Shown in pieces: positions 17,584-26,568 of a DNA stretch of 34,444 bases. Numbering within the stretch: position 1 is the first letter of the stretch; every line of letters begins with the position of its first letter. The notes beneath the pieces are model-generated. The model did no database searches, was not told the origin of the DNA, and saw nothing but the letters and a program-made list of their open reading frames with translations. This DNA is from Candidatus Thorarchaeota archaeon (lineage in GTDB: Archaea; Asgardarchaeota; Thorarchaeia; Thorarchaeales; Thorarchaeaceae): the NCBI GenBank assembly GCA_048882485.1, contig JBHLRP010000024.1:13929-48372 (forward strand). Direction: 5' to 3'. Made by a program: the position numbers and the translations under genes.

Positions 17584-18570
17584 ATGGAGAGAGATTTGAA
17601 AATATTGGCGTATTTCATCATCGTGATGGTAGTGATGTCTGTCGTACTGATCTCAATACATCCCTTATCACCACCAGAGGAGGAAGGCCCTTCACAATAT
17701 CCAGATTTCATCACTAAGAACGAGGACTATTTCATAACTCGAATTGGGACCGTCCCAGAGATTGACCGGGACACGTATCGGCTACAAGTGTCGGGACTTG
17801 TTGAGAATCCCACTAGCTTCACTCTGGATGAACTGCAGTTATTGAATATGACCGAGCTTCCCCTGACAGTCGAATGCATTGGCAATAGTGCATTTGGGAA
17901 ATTGATAGGTACTGCAATTTGGAAAGGATTCATGTTGATTGATTTACTGGAGTCATTGGGCCTCTCAGAGGATGCGACAGGAGTCAAGTATCGAGCTGCT
18001 GATGGATACTACGCATCCCATACTATTGACCAGATAAGAAACAATGGAGTGCTCGGAGCTCTATATATGAACGGAGTAGAGATTCCACCAGTGCAGGGAT
18101 TCCCTCTGCGAATTCTCAATCCAGGGTACTATGGCATTAAACAACCCGCTTGGGTCACCGAGATTGAAGTGATTGACAGGCCTCTGGAGGACTACTGGGA
18201 GGACCGCGGATGGGACACCTCACCACCCATAGAGATTGACTCACATATCTTCTTTCCACAAGGGGCTGTTTCGATCGGTGTGAATGAGGAACTACGGATC
18301 GGTGGTTGCGCATTTGGAGGCACTCGTGTAAAGCTAGTGGAGTATTCGATTAATGATGGCGCAACGTGGACCAATGCACCAATAGTTCAGCAGATGGATG
18401 CAGACAACGTATGGGTGTTCTGGGGCATAAACGTGACTTTCTCTGCTGTAGGCCAGATCACTCTGCATGTTAGAGCCACTGACATCAACGACAACCAACA
18501 GACTAGAACCGATGAGTCATACCTTGACGGAACCAGTAGTTGGCCTGAGCTTCTCATCAATGTGATATGA
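17584..18570 (+). CDS. Sulfite-oxidase-family molybdopterin oxidoreductase with N-terminal membrane anchor and C-terminal Ig-like dimerisation domain
   Basis: YRLQVSGLV, ECIGN (Mo-ligating Cys), ADGY, MNG.....QGFPLR, PGYYGIK, YWEDRGW, VRATD. Alternative GTG start at 17551. Confidence 0.88.
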   Translation: MERDLKILAYFIIVMVVMSVVLISIHPLSPPEEEGPSQYPDFITKNEDYFITRIGTVPEIDRDTYRLQVSGLVENPTSFTLDELQLLNMTELPLTVECIGNSAFGKLIGTAIWKGFMLIDLLESLGLSEDATGVKYRAADGYYASHTIDQIRNNGVLGALYMNGVEIPPVQGFPLRILNPGYYGIKQPAWVTEIEVIDRPLEDYWEDRGWDTSPPIEIDSHIFFPQGAVSIGVNEELRIGGCAFGGTRVKLVEYSINDGATWTNAPIVQQMDADNVWVFWGINVTFSAVGQITLHVRATDINDNQQTRTDESYLDGTSSWPELLINVI

Positions 18571-18742
18571 TTGGCAATTGGGAAACAGAGCTTCATACAA
18601 TCAATTAATCAGCGGCAATAGAACATATCCTTCAGGATGAGCCTGACTTGAAATGCCTTGATAAACCAGCGTGCTTTGAAATGGCAACGTTGATCTTGTC
18701 TGACAGAGCAGTGTGGGCAATATGCGGGTTCAAATCCCGGAA

Positions 18743-19924
18743 TCAGCCTGCAGAGTCTGGAGGGTCTCTTGGGTTACTTGTGTCCTCCTTGTTTTGACTA
18801 TCTGTGACAGTTCCATCTGAGGCGTCAGTTGATTGAGAGGGAGCTTCTTGGCCTTCCGCTGGAGGAACATCTTGCCCATTGAGCCGACGTACAATCTCGT
18901 GTATCCTATTTGTCGACATCGAGGTCTCTGGTCGCTCAGGAATCAGCCCTTGTGGCCTGAACAGGACTATTATTATCATGACTGCCCCTGCCAGAGTGTA
19001 TTCCAGCCAAATCGGTTCAAACGGTAGGAATTCCAAGAAGGGCTTGGACAAGATGATGCCAGTCCTAGCGACTATGAATACTCCGACGCCCAATAGGACA
19101 CCAAGATTGTTGCTAACTCCACCCAACATGAGATATGCCCAGGGATAGAATGTCCAGTTCAAACGTGAAAACGCGCTTGAGTTTGCTGAACCAACGAACA
19201 TCACGTAGATTGCTCCAGCTATTGAGGCGATCATGGAACCAACCACAAGGCTGGTGGTCCTGACTCGTACTGTGTCCTTGCCATACACGTTCGAAGTAAG
19301 CTCGTTGTCCCTCAGCATCTTCAGTGAACGACCAAAGGGAGACTTTGTCATTCTAATGACCAAGAATAACACGAAGATCAGGAGTAAGGCAGTCACAATA
19401 GTATATGCATAAACCCGCATCGGGCCCCAGACCCAGGCAAATGGATCAGGCACAGCGACAGGGTTTGTGCCACCTATGATAGGAGCAACGTTGATTCCGA
19501 TGAACATCAAGATGTCACCAAAGGCCAGAAGGGAGATCCCGAGATATGCCTCTCTCAGCCGGATGGCAGGGCGAGACGTCAACCAACCAATTATTGCGCC
19601 AGCTATTGCAGCTAGAATTAGTGATGAGAGCATGTAAAGGATAGCTATCAGAGGATTAGCTGCAAGGACCGAATTGATACTATTAACAATCCCGAAATTA
19701 TAGGCTGTATCTGCATACATCTCTGCATTAGGTACAGCCAACAGGTAGGCCATTATCCGTCCAGGTATGGCCCCTGCAGTGAATGCTCCCATAATCACTG
19801 CAATGACCCGTCCAAACTGGGGGATTCCAGTGAAGCCAACTTCTAGATTCAGGCTTAGAGTCACGATACCAAATATCGATATATCAATTACAAGATTGGC
19901 TATCGTTATTAGATTAATTGCCAT
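18743..19924 (-). CDS. livM: Branched-chain amino acid ABC transporter permease LivM
   Basis: SLNLEVGFTG..FG, RLREAYLGI, SPFGRSLK..RDNE, LLGG..N..G, RPQGL. Confidence 0.9.
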   Translation of the reverse strand: MAINLITIANLVIDISIFGIVTLSLNLEVGFTGIPQFGRVIAVIMGAFTAGAIPGRIMAYLLAVPNAEMYADTAYNFGIVNSINSVLAANPLIAILYMLSSLILAAIAGAIIGWLTSRPAIRLREAYLGISLLAFGDILMFIGINVAPIIGGTNPVAVPDPFAWVWGPMRVYAYTIVTALLLIFVLFLVIRMTKSPFGRSLKMLRDNELTSNVYGKDTVRVRTTSLVVGSMIASIAGAIYVMFVGSANSSAFSRLNWTFYPWAYLMLGGVSNNLGVLLGVGVFIVARTGIILSKPFLEFLPFEPIWLEYTLAGAVMIIIVLFRPQGLIPERPETSMSTNRIHEIVRRLNGQDVPPAEGQEAPSQSTDASDGTVTDSQNKEDTSNPRDPPDSAG

Positions 19925-19930
19925 TGACCA

Positions 19931-20914
19931 TCACCCCCTCCTGACGAGTTGGGCTATCCACCTTGACCCACGCTGGCCCAATCCTGTCCAAGTCTCCTTC
20001 ATTACTAATTTCTTCAGATGCTCTCTCGTTAGGCCTGCAAGCCCCTGTGGGAGAACTAATAGTACTATGGCCATTATCGCTAGGGGGATGATAGGTTTGT
20101 ATGGCAGAATACCAAATCCAACGATTAACGCAAGTAGCTGCAATCCTACATATTCGGCCAAGCCAACGATGTAGCCGCCAACAATTCCGCCATAGACACT
20201 ATAAAGTCCGCCAAGTATGCTTGCGGCAAACATAGGCACAATGATATTCCAACCCAGCACTGGACCTCCCGTCGCTACCATACCCACATACGCGCCTCCA
20301 AGTCCTGCTAGACCACTACCTAGGATCCACGCAGTGAGATAGACCTTTTCTGCATTTATACCAGTTACACCTGCCAGTGAGGTGTTCTCTACAGTTGCCC
20401 TTATTGCTAATCCGAATTTCGTTCTAGTCAGGTAGAGATGCAGCGTAGCAAGGATTGCGATTGCTGATATTAGAGAGAGAACGGTGATGGCTCTCATTCC
20501 GAGTATCTGGAAATCTGTTTCGGACATTGTAATTAACCGTGGGTATGCTCCCATTCCAGTGAGCACATCAGCGAATATCTGTACGAACGATAGCAATAGT
20601 AACTCATATCCAAGCGTCGACATCATGAGAACAGTTTCGTCAGCCCCCCTCCTCAATAGATACCTATTGCAGATTATGTACCATACTAGTCCCTGACCAG
20701 CTCCAAGTAGGAATGCTAGAGGAAAGAAGGTATACGGGGAGAGGCCTGACAGATAATATCCTGTGTAAATTACGAACAGACCCCATGTGCTCATACTTGC
20801 ATGCGCAAAGTTGAATGTCCTCGTTGTCATATAGATCAGAGTGATTCCACATGCTAGCAGCGCTAATCCGCTGCCATAAGCAATCCCATCAGCTACTAGT
20901 GGGGGTAGTATCAC
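19931..20914 (-). CDS. livH: Branched-chain amino acid ABC transporter permease LivH
   Basis: GITLIY....FNFAHA, TKFGLAIRA..EN..LA..GIN, FAASILGG, PQGL; GTG 20914 preferred on RBS grounds. Confidence 0.9.
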   Translation of the reverse strand: MILPPLVADGIAYGSGLALLACGITLIYMTTRTFNFAHASMSTWGLFVIYTGYYLSGLSPYTFFPLAFLLGAGQGLVWYIICNRYLLRRGADETVLMMSTLGYELLLLSFVQIFADVLTGMGAYPRLITMSETDFQILGMRAITVLSLISAIAILATLHLYLTRTKFGLAIRATVENTSLAGVTGINAEKVYLTAWILGSGLAGLGGAYVGMVATGGPVLGWNIIVPMFAASILGGLYSVYGGIVGGYIVGLAEYVGLQLLALIVGFGILPYKPIIPLAIMAIVLLVLPQGLAGLTREHLKKLVMKETWTGLGQRGSRWIAQLVRRG

Positions 20915-21110
20915 ATTTCTCTCTCCGTTTGAATTGCTATTCAATTCACTCGGTGTTCTGGATACTTAAGCATTCCTAGAAACGCGGATTTTCGCTGAGG
21001 GCAATCTATATAACATTCCAGAACAATGCACAGGTTTAGTCTAATTAACGACTCTACTGGATATACAGTAGTAAAAGAGATGTAACATACATTGGAGAGA
21101 GAAAAGAAAC

Positions 21111-22361
21111 ATGTCTTTAGATAACAAAGGCGTATTAGCTATTCTCATCATTGTAGTGCTAGCTGGTGGATTAGCTGGAGGATGGTTCATTGGACAAATG
21201 GGTGTCGGACCAGCTGGACCGACCGGTCTCCAGGGTGAACAGACAATAGTATTTCTGGCACCCCTGACCGGAGCACTAAGCACTTATGGAGAGAACAGTA
21301 AAGTGGCAGCTGAATACGCTGAAACGCAGGTAAATGCGTGGCTCACTGAGAGAGGTGAGGCATGGAGCCTCAACTTGGTTGTGGAGGATACTGCTACTGA
21401 CCCAACAACTGCTGATACCAAAATGAGAACATGGCACGGCCAAGGTGTAGAGATCTTTGTTGGACCCATGTCTAGTGGTGAGGTCACTAACCTCAAAACA
21501 TATGCAGACTCGAACGGACTTCTTTTAATCAGTCCATCCTCAACTGCAACATCGCTCTCAATTGCTGACGACTCAGTCTTCAGGTTCTGTCCTGATGACT
21601 ACATCCAAGGACCAGCTATCGCTGCAATGCTTCTTGATGCAGGCATCACTGATGTTATAGCAACTTGGAGAGGTGATGCATGGGGAGATGGACTCAAGGA
21701 TGCAACTGAAGATGCGTATGGTAGTACATTCACTGCAGAAGTGCGATACACATACACATTGACCGACTTCCCGACTGAAGCAGAATCATTAAGATCGGCG
21801 GTGCAGGCGGCACTCGATGGCGGAGCTGATCCAAGTGAGGTTGCTGTCTTAGCAATTGGATTTGAAGAGATCATTCCGTACATGGAAGATGCTGATGCAC
21901 ATGCGGTTCTCAAGACTGTTCAGTGGTTTGGCAGCGATGGTACCTGTCTACTCAGCAGTCTCACAAGTCACGCGATTGCAGGTCCATTCGCAGACACAGT
22001 CAACTTCACTAACACCATATTCACACCGGGTGCTTCAGCAAAGTACCTTGATGTGCGAAACCACATCAACACCACGCTCAATAGGATTCCAGACTCCTAC
22101 TGCTACAACACCTACGATATCGTCTGGACTGTTGCTATGGCACTAGATGCAGCAGACGAGTACAGTGCAGCAGCAGTGAAGGGTATCTTGCCTGGACTTG
22201 TTGACAACTACTACGGTGCAAGTGGCTTGTTCTCGCTGAATGCAAATGGCGACAGATCAGTTGCAGACTACGACCTCTGGGCGGTGGTAGCTGGTGCTCC
22301 AGCTGAATGGGCCAAGGTTGGCACTTATAGCGCCAACTTGGATGTCATCATCTGGGAGTAA
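21111..22361 (+). CDS. livK: Branched-chain amino acid ABC transporter substrate-binding protein with N-terminal TM anchor
   Basis: PLTGALSTYG, VEDT.TDP, VGPMSS, ISPSSTA, FRFCPDD..QG, YD.VW, G.F.LN.NGDR. Confidence 0.88.
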   Translation: MSLDNKGVLAILIIVVLAGGLAGGWFIGQMGVGPAGPTGLQGEQTIVFLAPLTGALSTYGENSKVAAEYAETQVNAWLTERGEAWSLNLVVEDTATDPTTADTKMRTWHGQGVEIFVGPMSSGEVTNLKTYADSNGLLLISPSSTATSLSIADDSVFRFCPDDYIQGPAIAAMLLDAGITDVIATWRGDAWGDGLKDATEDAYGSTFTAEVRYTYTLTDFPTEAESLRSAVQAALDGGADPSEVAVLAIGFEEIIPYMEDADAHAVLKTVQWFGSDGTCLLSSLTSHAIAGPFADTVNFTNTIFTPGASAKYLDVRNHINTTLNRIPDSYCYNTYDIVWTVAMALDAADEYSAAAVKGILPGLVDNYYGASGLFSLNANGDRSVADYDLWAVVAGAPAEWAKVGTYSANLDVIIWE

Positions 22362-22507
22362 TGTAAGAGGTTCGCAAAACTGGGAAAAAGGCGAGAAACA
22401 AGATATAATTTGTTTCTCCCTTTCACTCCCACACTTTTTATGCTTGAATTACCAATTCCCGAACTACAAAATGTAAAGAATATGGTTGAATTGCGGGTGA
22501 AATCGAT

Positions 22508-23263
22508 TTGGCGGACATAGTACTCCACGCGGAAAATATGGTGAAGGGCTTTGGTGCCCTAATGGCAGTGAATGACGTGACCATGTCGATGGAAAAGGGG
22601 AAACTCACTCTCCTCATGGGTCCGAATGGGTGTGGCAAGACCACCCTCTTGAATCTCTGCACTGGCGTTTTGAAAGCAGATGCCGGGACGGTGACTCTCA
22701 ACGGTGAGGAGATAACTGGATGGCGCCCCCATAGAATCTATGAAAGGGGCTTCGTGAGGACTTTCCAAATTCCATTACCATTTCATAGTATGACAGTTCT
22801 TGACAATGTACTTGCAGCTATGAAGAGCATTGGAGAGAACCCTTTATACGCGTGGAATCCGAAAGCTTGGGAAGCCGAGGAGGAAGAACACATCAAGCAA
22901 GCCTTGGGCATTTTGAAGAGAGTGGGATTGTATGAACACTGGGATAAGCTAGCCAACACGCTCGGCGGCGGCCACGCAAAACTGCTGGAACTTGCGAGAG
23001 GTCTAGCTTCAGGAGCAAACCTCATTGCGTTGGATGAGCCAATAGGAGGCTGCGATCCATCATTTGCAGATGAGATTTTCACTTACATTACTCAGGTTAA
23101 GGAGTCAATGGGAATAACATTCTTTGTGATTGAACACAGAATTGACATAGCAGCACCTTATGCAGATCATGCATACGTTATGGAGTCAGGCAAGCTGATT
23201 GCCGAGGGCACTTCCAAAGAAGTCACAACGGATCCAAGGGTCCAAGAGATATACATTGGATAA
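22508..23263 (+). CDS. livG: Branched-chain amino acid ABC transporter ATP-binding protein LivG
   Basis: FGALMAV, Walker A GPNGCGKTT, RTFQ, LDEP, IEH, DPRV.E.Y.G; TTG start. Confidence 0.92.
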   Translation: MADIVLHAENMVKGFGALMAVNDVTMSMEKGKLTLLMGPNGCGKTTLLNLCTGVLKADAGTVTLNGEEITGWRPHRIYERGFVRTFQIPLPFHSMTVLDNVLAAMKSIGENPLYAWNPKAWEAEEEEHIKQALGILKRVGLYEHWDKLANTLGGGHAKLLELARGLASGANLIALDEPIGGCDPSFADEIFTYITQVKESMGITFFVIEHRIDIAAPYADHAYVMESGKLIAEGTSKEVTTDPRVQEIYIG

Positions 23264-23278
23264 GGAGAAGGAAAGAAG

Positions 23279-23992
23279 ATGCTAAGCGTAAAGAACCTAA
23301 ATTCTGGCTACGATAAATTCTGTGTCTTATATGACGTCAACATCGAGGTTCCGGACAAACAGGTCAGTGTCGTTGTGGGACCGAATGGAGCTGGGAAGAC
23401 CACCCTCCTGAATAGCATATCTGGCTTGGCCACCGTCACTGGCGGTGAAATCATATACAGAGAAGAGAACATCACAGGCATACCTCCATATGTGGCCCCC
23501 AAGATTGGGATCTCGATGGTTCCACAGACTGGCAATGTGTTTGCGGGTCTGACTGTCATGGAGAACCTCATCATGGCAGGGTACACATTGGATAGTGAAG
23601 AGGTTGAAGAACAGGCAAAGGAGGTCCTTGAATTCTTCCCTGCATTGAAGGACTTCGTAGGCAGGAAGGCTGGCACCTTGAGTGGTGGTGAAAGACGCAT
23701 GCTCGCCATCGGCATGGGACTAGTCCGAAAGCCCAAGCTAATGCTCCTTGACGAGGTTTCTATGGATCTTGCACCCATCTTGGCCAAGAGAGTCATTGCC
23801 AAAGTGAAGGAACTGCGGGACGAGTTCGGACTGACGATTCTTCTTGTTGAGCAAATGGCAAAGGCTGCATTAGAGATAGGTGATAATGCGTATCTTCTAG
23901 TAAGTGGTGAAATGCGATACAGCGGCGATCCCAAAGAGCTTCTTAGCAATCCAGAACTGGGTGCACTATACCTAGGCATAAAGAATCAATGA
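23279..23992 (+). CDS. livF: Branched-chain amino acid ABC transporter ATP-binding protein LivF
   Basis: GPNGAGKTT, AGTLSGGER, LLDE, LAP, LVEQ, YLG. Confidence 0.92.
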   Translation: MLSVKNLNSGYDKFCVLYDVNIEVPDKQVSVVVGPNGAGKTTLLNSISGLATVTGGEIIYREENITGIPPYVAPKIGISMVPQTGNVFAGLTVMENLIMAGYTLDSEEVEEQAKEVLEFFPALKDFVGRKAGTLSGGERRMLAIGMGLVRKPKLMLLDEVSMDLAPILAKRVIAKVKELRDEFGLTILLVEQMAKAALEIGDNAYLLVSGEMRYSGDPKELLSNPELGALYLGIKNQ

Positions 23993-24044
23993 AATGGCAG
24001 AGATTTGCATCCTCATCCTGGTTTGCAGGTCTGGTGAGAGTTCT

Positions 24045-24509
24045 TCATTTCCGTATTCTGACCAATTTGCCCTTGTTTGATTCAAGTAGGACCTTTGTTG
24101 CTACTTTCAATAGAGATGTAGTTGAACCGCCGCTTGAATACACGACTTCCTTTTCCATAACTTTGGGATCCACCAAGAAGGTAGCCTTAAAGCCAAAAGA
24201 TGGTACCCCACCAACGGGATAGCCTGAGGAGTTGAGAATCTCATCTGGCGTAGCAGTCCGAGTGGACTCAACCCCCAACACTTTCGCAACTCTAGATGTA
24301 CTCACACGATGTGCTCCTTTCACGATTGCTACAATGAAATTACCTTCTGAGTCCATTAGGCAGATGTTCTTGATGATCTCATCAACATCTGCACCAACAG
24401 CGTCAGCGGCATCCTGCACTGTATGACAGGACGCACCTAGACGCAGCAACTCACCTTCGATGTCGTTCTCTTTCATATACTGTGTAAGTTTCTCCTCGTA
24501 CTCGCTCAT
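24045..24509 (-). CDS. YbaK/ProX-family aminoacyl-tRNA deacylase
   Basis: T..DAA.AVG....IIK, A...E.....GY.VGGVP.FG, GG motifs. Confidence 0.88.
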   Translation of the reverse strand: MSEYEEKLTQYMKENDIEGELLRLGASCHTVQDAADAVGADVDEIIKNICLMDSEGNFIVAIVKGAHRVSTSRVAKVLGVESTRTATPDEILNSSGYPVGGVPSFGFKATFLVDPKVMEKEVVYSSGGSTTSLLKVATKVLLESNKGKLVRIRK

Positions 24510-24586
24510 ATCTTCGAACAATCAGCCATTTGCTATTTAGCATTTTTCGAAAGGTTCAGACCTGAAACCCGATGGAAACAGGTATC

Positions 24587-25297
24587 CTAGAGTAGAGGAG
24601 GATACCCGGGAGCTGCAATAAGTACACCAGCAAGGATGAGGGCTGGAATCAGCACTGACAGTGCAATTTCAAGGACACGATTCTGAGTCTTCACAAACGG
24701 AACCATGAATCCGGTCTCTTCTCTATACTCCTCAAACACTGATGCAAATGTCTTGGCTAGATGGAGTTCCTCTACTTGAGCCAGAACGACATAGGCAAAC
24801 AATGTGCCAAACCAAATAGCAACAGTGAGTTCAGGAGCGATCCAGCTCATTCCAAAGGTGTTCTTTCCTATCCAATAGCTTCGGGTCGTCAGTGCGAGTG
24901 TGAACAAGACAACTCCTAGATATTGTGGATGGCGGACGTAACGATACAGGCCGCTCTTGATTAGACCGTCCTTCTTTGCCAATCTCATATGAATCACTGA
25001 ATGGAGAAGGACACCTATTCCCAATATTGCGATAATCTGTTCCCACGGAAAGCCGCCAAAAAAGATGAAGACAATGGCCTCAACGAACTGAGAAGGGCTT
25101 GATGTGAAGAGGAGAGCGATATAACCGACAAATGGTATCGTCATTAGGCCGCCCCATATTGTAAGCGGAGGGATGGATTGCACAAATGGCAGTATCGCTG
25201 CGATGATACATGATATTCTTGACTTTCTGCTAGTCTGAATGCTAATTTCCCCATCAGCTTCAGACTCTAATATTGTTTCACTAATTGGTTGATCCAC
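24587..25297 (-). CDS. ICMT/PEMT-family integral membrane methyltransferase
   Basis: LIKSGLYRYVRHPQYLG and EE..L...F...FEEYR..T..M.P; about 5-6 TMs; GTG start. Confidence 0.85.
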   Translation of the reverse strand: MDQPISETILESEADGEISIQTSRKSRISCIIAAILPFVQSIPPLTIWGGLMTIPFVGYIALLFTSSPSQFVEAIVFIFFGGFPWEQIIAILGIGVLLHSVIHMRLAKKDGLIKSGLYRYVRHPQYLGVVLFTLALTTRSYWIGKNTFGMSWIAPELTVAIWFGTLFAYVVLAQVEELHLAKTFASVFEEYREETGFMVPFVKTQNRVLEIALSVLIPALILAGVLIAAPGYPPLL

Positions 25298-25462
25298 GCG
25301 TATCCCATACCTGATGATTTCTCCTATCGAGTCAAGTCAGTGTACGCGAATATGATAATAATACCATGGAATAGGACGGTTTGTCCAGGGATTAGAACAG
25401 GACGATGGGCTAGAAATAGAAGATTGATAGAGTGATTCCATTCACTCCATCATATTTGATGA

Positions 25463-26017
25463 CTATACTTTCTGAGCGTTTGATAAGCCGGATATCTTCT
25501 CAGTGAACTCATCAACTAATTTCTTGGCCTCAGTGGCCAGATTCTCAGAGTAATCATCTTTGAGCCTCTTGAGTAATGCAAAGCCAGCTTTTCTCATCTT
25601 CTGCCAACTTGCAACGAGCTCTTGAGCCTCTTCAGGAACATCTCCTGACCAGTCAAACCATTGATACTGTGGCCCAAAGAAACGAGTACCCATGTATTGC
25701 TCTCTCTTCTGCTCATGCTCTTCAAGGAGCTTCTTCCCTTCATCCGTCAACAAATATCGCCTGACACCAGCTTCGGAGTCGGACGTTTCTCGAGTATAAC
25801 CCGAGTCCAGCAACCATGATAATAATGGATAGATAGATCCTGGACTTGGTCGCCAGTGCTTGTTGGTCTTCTCTTCAATCTCACTCATGAGTTCAGCACC
25901 GGACATGGGTTTCTCATTCAGCAGTCTTAGAACCTGATATCTGAGGAATCCCTTAGGAACTGATGAGGTTCTTCTTCTCCAGTGGCGGTGGTTTCTTGAT
26001 CTGTGCATGTGTTTCAT
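25463..26017 (-). CDS. PadR-family transcriptional regulator with C-terminal helical extension
   Basis: GFLRY.VL.LL...PM.G.ELM, WRPSPGSIYPLL, Y.LT..G; AGGAGGT RBS. Confidence 0.92.
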   Translation of the reverse strand: MKHMHRSRNHRHWRRRTSSVPKGFLRYQVLRLLNEKPMSGAELMSEIEEKTNKHWRPSPGSIYPLLSWLLDSGYTRETSDSEAGVRRYLLTDEGKKLLEEHEQKREQYMGTRFFGPQYQWFDWSGDVPEEAQELVASWQKMRKAGFALLKRLKDDYSENLATEAKKLVDEFTEKISGLSNAQKV

Positions 26018-26056
26018 TTACACCTCCTTGTCTCATTCCACTATAATTGTATCATT

Positions 26057-26087
26057 ATTGATATCAATATTGATATCAATATTGATA
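26057..26087. promoter_or_regulatory. Tandem array of the self-palindromic 12-mer ATTGATATCAAT (2 full copies plus 7 bp); putative PadR operator
   Basis: Read directly: 26057-26068, 26069-26080 and partial 26081-26087, lying 40-70 bp upstream of the padR start. Confidence 0.65.
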
Positions 26088-26159
26088 ATAAAGTTTTGCA
26101 AAAAGTCATTGGGCTGGAAATCGAATCGCCCGTCATGACTCAGAGAGGGAGATGCTGCG

Positions 26160-26444
26160 TTATAATGGGTCGCGTATCCCTTCTGTCAGCTGCTGCATCA
26201 CCAATCCAATTTGTGGCGCATTCAGAATTATAATCCCTTGAGGATGGCTCTGGGCAACAGTCACAAACGCATAAGTAAGGTTGCCCCATGCCTCAACATC
26301 CACCTTAACAATATAGACACTGGTAGTGCCCCCTAGCATTACCTTCGCATGTTCGCGTATCTTCTTTAGTTTGGGGGCTTTCCCCTTGAAGTACTTCTTG
26401 ATGTAGTCTTTGACCCTTCCTCTTTCCTTCTTCCTATCTTTCAT
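26160..26444 (-). CDS. Hypothetical basic protein (~94 aa)
   Basis: ORF between the giant surface gene and padR; AGGTG RBS before ATG 26444. Confidence 0.55.
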   Translation of the reverse strand: MKDRKKERGRVKDYIKKYFKGKAPKLKKIREHAKVMLGGTTSVYIVKVDVEAWGNLTYAFVTVAQSHPQGIIILNAPQIGLVMQQLTEGIRDPL

Positions 26445-26568
26445 CGATTCACCTACGTCATATGTCAAGCTGCTTGTCATTGAATATTTCGCAATTCCTA
26501 GATACCACTATGGAGCTACTCCTCGAATGGAGAAGGGGAGTCTTATGCTAGTTTCCGGGCAGAAGCAA

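Noticed and set aside
18725-18739. CGGG-TTCAAAT-CCCG, a tRNA T-arm look-alike
   Set aside because: Only a 4-bp stem; I could not build D-arm, anticodon arm or acceptor stem around it. It sits at the livM 3' end and is likely a chance hairpin or terminator. tRNAscan-SE would settle it.
23308-23979. 223-aa minus-strand ORF
   Set aside because: Antisense shadow of livF, which has complete ABC motifs.
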